From Anaerolineae bacterium (lineage in GTDB: Bacteria; Chloroflexota; Anaerolineae; JAADDB01): a DNA stretch of 64,000 nucleotides. The notes under the pieces were generated by a model. It saw only the letters and a list, made by a program, of their open reading frames with translations. It made no database searches and was not told where the DNA came from. This document shows, in pieces, positions 1 to 8,620 of the stretch. The stretch spans positions 1,056 to 65,055 of the forward strand of contig WFWT01000041.1 in the NCBI GenBank assembly GCA_015490995.1, given 5' to 3'. Every line of letters starts with the position of its first letter. Position 1 is the first letter of the stretch. Both the position numbers and the translations under genes were made by a program.

Positions 1-1119
1 CTCTCCCAGGCCATCATCCTCACACCCGATGCGCATGCCATCACCGTAAATCTCGAAAGCCACCGGCACACCGGGATTGTCCCGGATCTGCTCAAAGGGA
101 GAGGCATCACCGATGTCGGGGAACAAGGAGTTCAAGGAGAGTCCTACCCCTCGGGAGGCCGCAAACGCTGCGATACGGGTACGTTCGGAAGGGCTCTCGT
201 AGTAGGGGAAGGACTGGACCAGCAAGGGCACGCACGGGCCATCACAACCCGGCCGGCTAAAGACGTTCGCGTACCGCTCCACCACCCTGTTCACGTATTT
301 CACCCACTTGTCCGCGGTGAGGCCCGCAGCGGCCAGCGCGGGCTTTGTCCACGGGTCCTTCACCACGTCTGCAGGCCATGTTTCCCCATCACGACCGGTG
401 CCGATAGCCACAAAGGCCAGACAGTCGGGCCAGCGCGGGTAAGCGGAGTTGAAATACTTGTTCCCAAGGGTGTCGATAAGCCAAGCGTACTCGCCAAAGA
501 AGTAGTCTGTCCAGTACTTGGGGATGAGGGAGCCGATGGACGTCTCCACCACCGCTTCTGCCCGGTTTCCGCGGGCCGCGTATCCCGGGTCCGCCGGATA
601 GCCATCCGACCCGTCCCGGTACATGTACTTGGGAATCTTGGCGTACTCGTCAATGGGCGCGGGCATGCCGCTCAGGGAACCGTAGAGATCAATGTAGAAG
701 GCCGCGTATCGGTTCCGCACGCGCAAGAGGTCGGTGCCCACGCATTGCATGCGCAACCAAGCGGGGAGGCTGCTGCCACCGGTGGGCGCGTATACCCGTT
801 CACCGGTGTTCGGGTCGATGACGACGGAATCGGGCTGGAGGGGATGTCCCCAGTTAAAACCGCGCAAGTTGCCGGCGATGGGGAACGTTGTTGCCCGGAT
901 CTCACCGTAGGGCGTGCTGAAGACCTCATTGCCCTCCGGCAAAAGTCCGGTGTAACCGCCGTGGATGACATACACCCCAGGCCGCCACCCGGCCTGATAG
1001 GATGCCGTACGCGCCACCTCTGCCGGCGTGTCCCCACCGGCCAGAACCCACTGCGTTGCCAGAACGCCCAACACCGCCAACACAAGCACACTCAACAGCA
1101 CGTATCTGACACGCTTCAT
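1..1119 (-). CDS. secreted hypothetical protein, 3' end cut by window edge
   Basis: Not in the ORF track because there is no stop inside the window. I translated the minus strand codon by codon from the ATG at 1117-1119: MKRVRYVLLSVLVLAVLGVLATQWVLAGG... It stays open to base 1 (373 codons). The N-terminus is hydrophobic and signal-like. GGAGG (complement of 1130-1134) lies 10 nt upstream. No family recognised. Confidence 0.65.
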   Translation of the reverse strand, partial: MKRVRYVLLSVLVLAVLGVLATQWVLAGGDTPAEVARTASYQAGWRPGVYVIHGGYTGLLPEGNEVFSTPYGEIRATTFPIAGNLRGFNWGHPLQPDSVVIDPNTGERVYAPTGGSSLPAWLRMQCVGTDLLRVRNRYAAFYIDLYGSLSGMPAPIDEYAKIPKYMYRDGSDGYPADPGYAARGNRAEAVVETSIGSLIPKYWTDYFFGEYAWLIDTLGNKYFNSAYPRWPDCLAFVAIGTGRDGETWPADVVKDPWTKPALAAAGLTADKWVKYVNRVVERYANVFSRPGCDGPCVPLLVQSFPYYESPSERTRIAAFAASRGVGLSLNSLFPDIGDASPFEQIRDNPGVPVAFEIYGDGMRIGCEDDGLGE

Positions 1120-1148
1120 CGGTTCACGACCTCCGGTTCACAGAGTAT

Positions 1149-2321
1149 TTAGGGAGCCTTCCGATGGCCACGTCGGGAAAGTAGGGTGGTGTACAGGGTT
1201 TCGTACTGTTGAACCACCCTGTCCATCGTGTATTCGGCCAACACAAGACGCCGCCCGGCCTCCCCCAGCCGCCGGGCGGTTTCTGGATATCGTAGCACAG
1301 TTATCAGGGCCTGAGCCAATGCCTCAGGGTCTTCGGGCGGGACCAGCACACCGGTGACCCCATCCTGTATGACGTCCACCGTGCCGGAGACAGCGGTCGC
1401 CACCACTGGGGTGCCCACCGCCAGGGCCTCCAACAGGGCAAGAGAGAGCCCCTCAAAGCGAGAGGGGAGGACGAACACGTCGAGAGCGGCCAGCACATGC
1501 CAAACATCGTCACGCGGGCCGGCGAAGCACACGTGCGAGGACAGCTGCAACTCCTGAACCTGGGCCCTCAGGGCAGGCAACTCCCCGCCCTGGCCCACGA
1601 TAACACACCGCATATCAGGTATTTTCTGTCGCGCCAGGTGGATAGCCTCCAGCAGCACGTCCACACCCTTTTGGGGTTCCAGACGGGCCACGGTACCCAC
1701 CAGGGGACCGGTCGCGCCTCTCAGCCACTCCTGACGCAGGGCTGCCACCGCGGTCGCGTCCAGACGGGGCGGGGGTTCTATCGCGTTCGGCACCACCGAG
1801 ATGCGCGATAAAGGGACCCCCTCCACCTGGTGGAGGTATTCCCGCGTCGCGGCCGACACGGCGACAAAATGGTCCGTCACGCGCGCCAGCACCCGGTTGA
1901 CCCGTATCTGCCAGGGAGGTAACCGTCGGTCTGGGTCCTCATAAGCGTTCTGCTGAGTGACCACTCGTACCGGCACGCCCGCCATAAGGGCAGCGAGCCG
2001 GCCGTAAAAACCATCCACAAACAGGTGCGTGTGCACGATGTCCACCGCCTTAGTTCGCATGAGCTGCCCTAACCGCCACAGGGCCCGCGCGTCCCGATGA
2101 CCCCGCGCAGCAATTCCCACCACGGGAACGTGAGCATCGGCCAGCACCCGGGCAAAGGGCCCGGCCGCGGTAAGCCACGCCACCATCGGTCGAAAGCGCT
2201 GCCGATCCAGGGCACGCACAAGTCCTACCAGAAAACGCTCCGCGCCCCCGTATCCCAGCGTATCAATCACGTGCAACACCGTAACAGGCCCGGTTGCCCC
2301 ACCACGTAATGTCATGCTCAC
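1149..2321 (-). CDS. glycosyltransferase family 4 (GT-B, group 1)
   Basis: 390 aa ORF. N-terminal VLHVIDTLGYGGAERF. C-terminal PSRFEGLSLALLEALAVGTPVVAT (E-x7-E type region), typical of GT4 enzymes. Confidence 0.85.
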   Translation of the reverse strand: MSMTLRGGATGPVTVLHVIDTLGYGGAERFLVGLVRALDRQRFRPMVAWLTAAGPFARVLADAHVPVVGIAARGHRDARALWRLGQLMRTKAVDIVHTHLFVDGFYGRLAALMAGVPVRVVTQQNAYEDPDRRLPPWQIRVNRVLARVTDHFVAVSAATREYLHQVEGVPLSRISVVPNAIEPPPRLDATAVAALRQEWLRGATGPLVGTVARLEPQKGVDVLLEAIHLARQKIPDMRCVIVGQGGELPALRAQVQELQLSSHVCFAGPRDDVWHVLAALDVFVLPSRFEGLSLALLEALAVGTPVVATAVSGTVDVIQDGVTGVLVPPEDPEALAQALITVLRYPETARRLGEAGRRLVLAEYTMDRVVQQYETLYTTLLSRRGHRKAP

Positions 2322-2415
2322 GGCACACCGTGGACAGACAGCCTCAATATAACGGGCCTGGATGAACGACGCATGAACAGGAGGGAAGCCTCATATGAGA
2401 GGCTGTTCATCTTGC

Positions 2416-4086
2416 TCATTCCTCCAGGTACCCCAACCCTACCAACGCCTTGCGAATGGCCTCCTCTTCCGCGGGCGACAGCGCGGCGCCCTCCCCCTCT
2501 TGCCACAGAGGGACCTCGCTGTGCGTCACCGGATGAGCTGCGACGTAGGCCGGCGTGAAGACCTCGGTGAGCACTTTGCCGTCCATGTCCGCGGGCAGGG
2601 GAAGCCCCATGGCCCAGATCAGCGTGGGGGGGAGGTCCAACAGGTCCAGGTGCACGGTGCATCCCCTACGCACGCCCTCTCCCCAGAACACCGCGATGCC
2701 CTCCATGGTGTGATCCCCGTTAATGCGTTCCAAGAAAGAGAGAGGCACGGTGGAGAACACGTGGTCCAAGTCTGAGCCACAATCGAACGTCTCTGAGGTC
2801 AGGAAAAGAATGTCGGGAACGCTGTCCATGTCCCCACGGGGGTACACCGCCTCCCGAGGCCAGGCCTCCACGATCACCGGCCGGTCCGTTTCAGGGTCCC
2901 GCACGTTCTTCAACGCGGCGATGATCTCGTCCCGCAGCCGCTCGTACTCCGCCCCCGGCGCGACCACTCCTTGAGGTTGTCGACCGCGCAGGTTGATCTC
3001 GATCCCACCGGCAGGGTATTGAAGGGGCACATGATACGCCTGTGTGCGGGACCAATCAATCCACCCTGTGGCCTGACGCCAGCGCAGGGCCTGCTGTTGC
3101 CAGCGTACCGGCAGGTGTTCCGCGAGCCAGCGGCGCCATGGCACCCGGTGACGCGCCCATTCCAGGGTATATCGAACCGCCCGACGCGTCCACGACGCGC
3201 GACCGCCCCCACTGGGCGTCAGCCACCCCTGCCGCGCAAGCCACGCGTTCACGTGAAATTGCCGCCACGGTCGCGGCCCACCCCCGTGGTCACTCATGAC
3301 CACCACCAGCCACCGGTGGTCCACACAGGCCAACAGCTCCCCTATCGCCGCGTCTAGACGGCGGTAGTACTCCCGAATGATGTTCTTTGCCTCGGCCGGC
3401 CAGCCTGGGTCATGAAGGGGGTGTTGTGGATCGTGATATTTCCAGAACTTGTGGTGAAATCCATCGGTGATCCCCGTCACGGCGACGTAAAAATCGTGTC
3501 GGTTTTCGCGCAACCAACGTCCCATATGCGCCAACAACCGCGCGATCTCGTGGTCCGCGTTGCGCCGTTCTTCCCCAATACCGGCGACCATGATCTCATC
3601 GTGGCTGTGAAGGGCAAGGGGGGTGAGAACATTCGCCAGCTCTGGAGGGTACGTGTACGCCCGTTTACGGTCGGGGGTGGGATACCCGGCCACCAGGACG
3701 CCGTTAACCGGCCACACCGGGTAGGTCATCGGCACGCGGTAGGCCACCACTCCACGAGACCGGGTGCCGATCCAATCCAGTATGGTCCGGCCGGCCAAGG
3801 CCCGGGCGTTGATAAAACGCCCGGTGAAAACCTCATACCGCCGCAGGTCCACCTCCCGGAAGTCAAGAATGCGATGTCGGGCCGGGTTAACTCCGGTCAG
3901 GAAAGAGCTCCACGCGGGCGCGGAATTGGGAGGCAACGTGGACCGCAACTCACCTCGTACCCCTTCATTCAACAACCGGGCCAGTACAGGCAGCTCACCC
4001 GCGGCCAGTAAAGGGTCTATAACCCGGTATGTTGCTCCATCCAAACCGATCACCAGGACCTGCCGCCGCGCCTGCGTTGCCATCAT
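2416..4086 (-). CDS. alkaline-phosphatase-superfamily nucleotide pyrophosphatase/phosphodiesterase
   Basis: 556 aa ORF. LVIGLDGATYRVIDP, NSAPAWSSFLTGVNPARH and VVVMSDHGGGP metal-site motifs of type I phosphodiesterase/nucleotide pyrophosphatase family. Confidence 0.8.
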   Translation of the reverse strand: MMATQARRQVLVIGLDGATYRVIDPLLAAGELPVLARLLNEGVRGELRSTLPPNSAPAWSSFLTGVNPARHRILDFREVDLRRYEVFTGRFINARALAGRTILDWIGTRSRGVVAYRVPMTYPVWPVNGVLVAGYPTPDRKRAYTYPPELANVLTPLALHSHDEIMVAGIGEERRNADHEIARLLAHMGRWLRENRHDFYVAVTGITDGFHHKFWKYHDPQHPLHDPGWPAEAKNIIREYYRRLDAAIGELLACVDHRWLVVVMSDHGGGPRPWRQFHVNAWLARQGWLTPSGGGRASWTRRAVRYTLEWARHRVPWRRWLAEHLPVRWQQQALRWRQATGWIDWSRTQAYHVPLQYPAGGIEINLRGRQPQGVVAPGAEYERLRDEIIAALKNVRDPETDRPVIVEAWPREAVYPRGDMDSVPDILFLTSETFDCGSDLDHVFSTVPLSFLERINGDHTMEGIAVFWGEGVRRGCTVHLDLLDLPPTLIWAMGLPLPADMDGKVLTEVFTPAYVAAHPVTHSEVPLWQEGEGAALSPAEEEAIRKALVGLGYLEE

Positions 4087-4377
4087 CGCATGCCGTTTCC
4101 CTATTTAAGTAAGTGGACAAAAATCCTTCACCATCCGTAAGGCGAGAGACGATGGACGATAGACGATAGTGCTCTATCTTTAAAGATAAACGGATAAACG
4201 CTCGACCCGCTCGTCCACCGCCCGGCCGAGAGGTCACACCGACCCAACATCTTACAGCGGGGGGCATGATAGCACAGCGCGCGACGGGAAACCAAACCAT
4301 CCCGTAAGGTGAAACGGTCCCAGATCCTACGTCACGACCTCCTGCGAACCATGGGCAGAAATTTTAAGAAAACACCC

Positions 4378-4406
4378 TTGACAACGCTTTGTGCAGGCAG
4401 TAAGAT
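4378..4406 (+). promoter_or_regulatory. sigma-70-like promoter for the LacI-family gene
   Basis: TTGACA (4378-4383), 17 nt spacer, TAAGAT (4401-4406), about 135 nt upstream of the ATG at 4541. Confidence 0.45.
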
Positions 4407-4419
4407 ATAACCAAACGCG

Positions 4420-4489
4420 GTGTGAAACGTTTAATCCCCCTGCACGCGCAACCACATATCTGTGCTGAACGGTGCAAATCGTTTCACAC
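4420..4489. promoter_or_regulatory. pair of LacI-type operator half-palindromes (GTGTGAAACG ... CGTTTCACAC)
   Basis: TGTGAAACGTTTAA at 4421-4434 is one mismatch from the TGAAACGTTTCA palindrome. GCAAATCGTTTCACAC lies at 4474-4489. The outer 10-mers, 4420-4429 and 4480-4489, are exact reverse complements. Confidence 0.45.
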
Positions 4490-4540
4490 CAGGCCTAACA
4501 ACACGAACAACCAACCTCTCCGCCGACATAACCAGGGATT

Positions 4541-5563
4541 ATGGCCACCATCCGGGACGTTGCAAAGGAAGCCGGTGTTTCTATCGCTACCGTTTCTTAT
4601 GTGATCAATAACTCACGACCGGTCAGTCCGGAGACCCGCCGTAAGGTTTTGGAGGCCATTGAACGGCTGGGCTACCGGCCCAGCAACATTGCCCGGGGAC
4701 TGCGTGCCCGCAAGGCTCGGGCTATCGGTTATTCCTGGCGGCCTATGCCCAACGGCCAGATCAACGTGATCCTCGACGCGTTTCTGGAAAGCCTCGCCCT
4801 GGCCGCCGCCGCGGAGGACTACCATATCGTCGTCTATCCCACCTCCACGGCCACGGACGAGGTGACGTTTTACCGGGGACTTATCGAGGCCGAACGCGTG
4901 GACGGGTTTATCCTGTCCAACACCAACTATGATGACCCGCGCATTCGCTTTCTGCTGGAGGCTGGTGTGCCCTTTGTGGCCTTTGGGCGGTCGAACCCTG
5001 AGTGGGATTTTCCCTGGGTGGATGTGGACGGCGCGGCAGGGATGCGCCAGGCCGTAGCGCACCTGGCTGCCCTGGGACATCGCCGCATCGCTTTTATTGC
5101 CTGGCCGGAGGGATCGCTTTCCGGGGATGAACGCCTGCGCGGGTACCATGAGGGCATGGCCGCGGCCGGTCTGACCGTGGACCCGGCCTGGATCGTACGT
5201 GGGGAGATGCGTTACGAGGTGGGCTATCAAGCCGCCCAAACCCTCATGGCACTGCCCGCCGAACGTCGTCCGACAGCCATCATCGCGGTGACCGACTTAA
5301 TGGCCGTCGGCGCGGTAAACGCCCTGGTCGACATGGGGTTGGTGGTAGGCCAAGACGTGGCCGTGGTCGGCTTTGATGACATTCCCACCGCAGCTTACCT
5401 CCGCCCACCACTCACCTCTTTGCGCCAGCCTATCGCTCAGGTGGGCCGTCTGGTGGTGGCCATGCTCCTGACCTTACTGGAGGGTGAAACGCTCTCCCAA
5501 CCGCATGTGTTGCTGGAACCGGAGCTCATCGTGCGGGCATCCACGGCCGGCACGCGGCCGTGA
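4541..5563 (+). CDS. LacI family transcriptional regulator
   Basis: 340 aa. N-terminal HTH MATIRDVAKEAGVSIATVSYVINN, RGLR hinge, periplasmic-binding-fold C-terminal domain. Confidence 0.9.
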   Translation: MATIRDVAKEAGVSIATVSYVINNSRPVSPETRRKVLEAIERLGYRPSNIARGLRARKARAIGYSWRPMPNGQINVILDAFLESLALAAAAEDYHIVVYPTSTATDEVTFYRGLIEAERVDGFILSNTNYDDPRIRFLLEAGVPFVAFGRSNPEWDFPWVDVDGAAGMRQAVAHLAALGHRRIAFIAWPEGSLSGDERLRGYHEGMAAAGLTVDPAWIVRGEMRYEVGYQAAQTLMALPAERRPTAIIAVTDLMAVGAVNALVDMGLVVGQDVAVVGFDDIPTAAYLRPPLTSLRQPIAQVGRLVVAMLLTLLEGETLSQPHVLLEPELIVRASTAGTRP

Positions 5564-5656
5564 GCATCCACCGATCCCGGGTGGCCGGCACCTCCTGTCG
5601 CCCCAACCACCGGCTGCCCGTATCACCGAAATTCTAGGCGCAACGAGGAGGGACAC

Positions 5657-8521
5657 GTGGCGCTGCCCTTCGATGCCGTGATATTTGACCTGGACGGTGT
5701 GCTCACCGACACCGCCGAATACCATTACCAGGCCTGGCAACGGCTGGCCGATGAGGAAGGCTTGCCCTTCGACCGCACGGTTAACGAGCAATTACGCGGG
5801 GTTTCCCGCCGCCGTTCCCTTGAGCTCCTCCTGGCAGGACGGAGCGTTAGCCCAGAGCAATTTCAGGACATGCTAGAGCGGAAAAACCGGTATTACCGGG
5901 AACTGCTCCAACGGTTGAGCCCAGAGGACCTGCTGCCCGGGGCACTGGCCCTGGTGCGTTCCCTCCGTGAGGCAGGGGTGAAGGTAGCTATCGGCACCGT
6001 GAGTAAAAACGCGCCTCTCATCGTGGAACGCTTAGGGCTGGACCGAGAGGTGGACCTGGTGGCTGACGGGCACAGCGTCGACCGGAGCAAACCCGCACCC
6101 GACATCTTCCTCTACGCGGCCCTGCACTTGGGCGTCCCTCCTGACCGGTGCGTGGTGGTGGAGGACGCGGCCGCGGGCATCGACGCGGCACTGGCCGCCG
6201 GGATGTGGACCGTAGGCCTGGGGCCAGAAACGCGTGTCGGACACGCCCACGTGCGTTTCTCCGACCTGGAAGGGGTCACTCTGGAACGCTTCAGCACGGC
6301 CCTGGCCGACGCCCAAGCCGCAACGGCCCTGTGGCATGTGACAGAACCACACCTGGAACCGGGCCGCCTCCCCGCCCAAGAGGCCGTCTTCACCGTGGGC
6401 AACGGCTACGTGGGCACCCGTGGGACCTTCGATGAGGGTTTTGGCTCGCGCGTTCCCTTCACCCTCATCGCCGGCCTCTGGGACGATGTGCCCATTGTGC
6501 ACACCGAGCTGGTCAACGCCCCCGATTGGACGGGCGTGGACATTTGGATCAACGGCGAGCGGTTACGGCTGGACAGGGGCACCCTGTTGCGATACCACCG
6601 CACGTTGGACATGCGGCAGGGGGTGCTCCGCCGCACCGTCCGCTGGCAAAGCCCTGCCGGCGCGGTGGTGGACATCACCTGGGAACGGTTTGCCGCATGG
6701 CATGAGCCCCACCTCCTGGCCCAACGGGTGTGGGTTACCCCGGTCAGTGGACCGGTGACGGTCCGCCTACGCTTACGGTTGGATGCCCTGACACCCAACG
6801 ACGAGGTGTATCACTGGTATCGCTTGGAGGAAGGGGAAGGGTGGATCCGACTCCGCACCCGACACACCGGCCGCGAACTGGTCATGGGACAAACGGCAAC
6901 GGCCTGGGGGGAAAAACCTTTACGTTGGGAAGGGGTTTCCCTTCCTGGCCAGTGGGGTGAAACGTTTATCTTCTCCTTGCAACCCCGCATGTTTGCCGGC
7001 GTGGACCGACTGGTGGCCGTGTACACCGACCGGGAAACGTCAGACCCGTGGCGGGCCGTTCAGGACACCTTGAGTCGCGTGCAGGAGATTGGGTTCGACC
7101 GACTGCGCACCGCGCACCGAGAGGCATGGTCCCACACCTGGGCGCAGGCAGACATCCAGATCACCGGGGACGCGAGCGCCCAGCGGGCCGTACGGTTCAA
7201 CATCTACCACCTCCTTATCGCAGCACCCCGCCACACCGACCGGGTCAGCATCGGCGCGAAGACCCTGAGCGGCACCGGCTATCGAGGCCACGTGTTCTGG
7301 GATACAGAGATCTTCATGCTTCCCTTCTTCACTTACGTGCAACCCGAAACCGCCCGTCGTCTGCTCATGTACCGTCACCACACCCTGCCCGGCGCCCGCA
7401 GGAAGGCCCAAGCCGGCGGGTACGAGGGCGCGCAGTACGCCTGGGAAAGCGCGGACACCGGGGACGAAGTCACCCCACGCTGGGCTCCCGGCCCGAACGG
7501 GGACCCTATCCGCATCTGGTGCGGGGATATCGAACTTCACATCAGCAGTGACGTGCCTTATGCCATCTGGCAATACTGGCAAATCACCGGCGACGACACC
7601 TTCCTGCGCGATTACGGGGCGGAGATCATTCTGGAAACCGCCCGCTTCTGGGAAAGCCGGGTGGAGTGGAATGAGGCCCAACACCGGTACGAAATCAACG
7701 ATGTCATCGGCCCCGACGAATACCATGAGCACGTCAACAACAACGCGTTCACCAACGAGCTGGTTCGCTGGCACCTGGAACGGGCCGAGGAGGTGGTGCA
7801 CTGGCTCCAGAACCGTGCTCCTGAACGCCTTGACACGCTGGCCCGTCGCCTGGACCTGTCCCCGGACCGTCTAGCTCGGTGGGCACACATCCGCAAGCAC
7901 CTCTACGTGCCGTACGACCGAGAGTCGGGGCTTATTGAACAGTTTGAGGGTTTCTTCCGGCTGGAGGATATAAACCTGGCTGCGTACGAACCGCGACATC
8001 AGTCCATGCAAGCGCTCCTGGGCATTGAGGGAGCCAATCGGTGCCAAGTACTAAAACAACCGGACGTGCTGATGCTCCTGTACCTCCTCCCGGATCGCTT
8101 CCCCCGCGAGGTCTTGGCGGTCAATTGGGCCTATTACACTCCCCGCACCGATCACACCTTTGGTTCCTCACTGGGACCGGCCGTACATGCCATCCTGGCC
8201 GCCTGGCTACAACGCCCTGAGGAGGCATACGAGCATTTCATGCGTGCCGCGCTGGTGGACCTAGAGGACCTGCGTGGCAACACAGTGGACGGCATTCACG
8301 CGGCGTCCTGTGGGGGGGTATGGCAAGCCGTCGTGTTCGGCTTTGCCGGATTGCGTTGTACCTCTCAGGGGTGGGAGGTGACCCCTTGCCTTCCGCCACA
8401 CTGGCAGCGGGTGACATTTCACTTCTGCGCCGAGGGTCAATGGTATCGCGTCACGGTGACGCCGGGGCAAGGCACGGTTGAACCCGTCCCGGCGCCCTCA
8501 ACCTTATCGGAAAGGGGGTGA
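5657..8521 (+). CDS. beta-phosphoglucomutase (HAD) :: GH65 disaccharide phosphorylase fusion protein
   Basis: 954 aa, GTG start. The first ~215 aa carry HAD/beta-PGM motifs (DAVIFDLDGVLTDT, VVEDAAAGIDAA). The remainder carries GH65 motifs (GHVFWDTEIFMLPFF, GAQYAWESADTGDE, GPDEYHEHVNNNAFTN). Confidence 0.85.
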   Translation: MALPFDAVIFDLDGVLTDTAEYHYQAWQRLADEEGLPFDRTVNEQLRGVSRRRSLELLLAGRSVSPEQFQDMLERKNRYYRELLQRLSPEDLLPGALALVRSLREAGVKVAIGTVSKNAPLIVERLGLDREVDLVADGHSVDRSKPAPDIFLYAALHLGVPPDRCVVVEDAAAGIDAALAAGMWTVGLGPETRVGHAHVRFSDLEGVTLERFSTALADAQAATALWHVTEPHLEPGRLPAQEAVFTVGNGYVGTRGTFDEGFGSRVPFTLIAGLWDDVPIVHTELVNAPDWTGVDIWINGERLRLDRGTLLRYHRTLDMRQGVLRRTVRWQSPAGAVVDITWERFAAWHEPHLLAQRVWVTPVSGPVTVRLRLRLDALTPNDEVYHWYRLEEGEGWIRLRTRHTGRELVMGQTATAWGEKPLRWEGVSLPGQWGETFIFSLQPRMFAGVDRLVAVYTDRETSDPWRAVQDTLSRVQEIGFDRLRTAHREAWSHTWAQADIQITGDASAQRAVRFNIYHLLIAAPRHTDRVSIGAKTLSGTGYRGHVFWDTEIFMLPFFTYVQPETARRLLMYRHHTLPGARRKAQAGGYEGAQYAWESADTGDEVTPRWAPGPNGDPIRIWCGDIELHISSDVPYAIWQYWQITGDDTFLRDYGAEIILETARFWESRVEWNEAQHRYEINDVIGPDEYHEHVNNNAFTNELVRWHLERAEEVVHWLQNRAPERLDTLARRLDLSPDRLARWAHIRKHLYVPYDRESGLIEQFEGFFRLEDINLAAYEPRHQSMQALLGIEGANRCQVLKQPDVLMLLYLLPDRFPREVLAVNWAYYTPRTDHTFGSSLGPAVHAILAAWLQRPEEAYEHFMRAALVDLEDLRGNTVDGIHAASCGGVWQAVVFGFAGLRCTSQGWEVTPCLPPHWQRVTFHFCAEGQWYRVTVTPGQGTVEPVPAPSTLSERG

Positions 8522-8620
8522 AAACCGAAGGTCTAAGGGGGCAGGGCTTCGGCCAACCCACCGGTTGGGTGTGGCATCCATGTGATGAGTGGGCATGTTC
8601 AAGGAAGGAGGGAAGGTACC

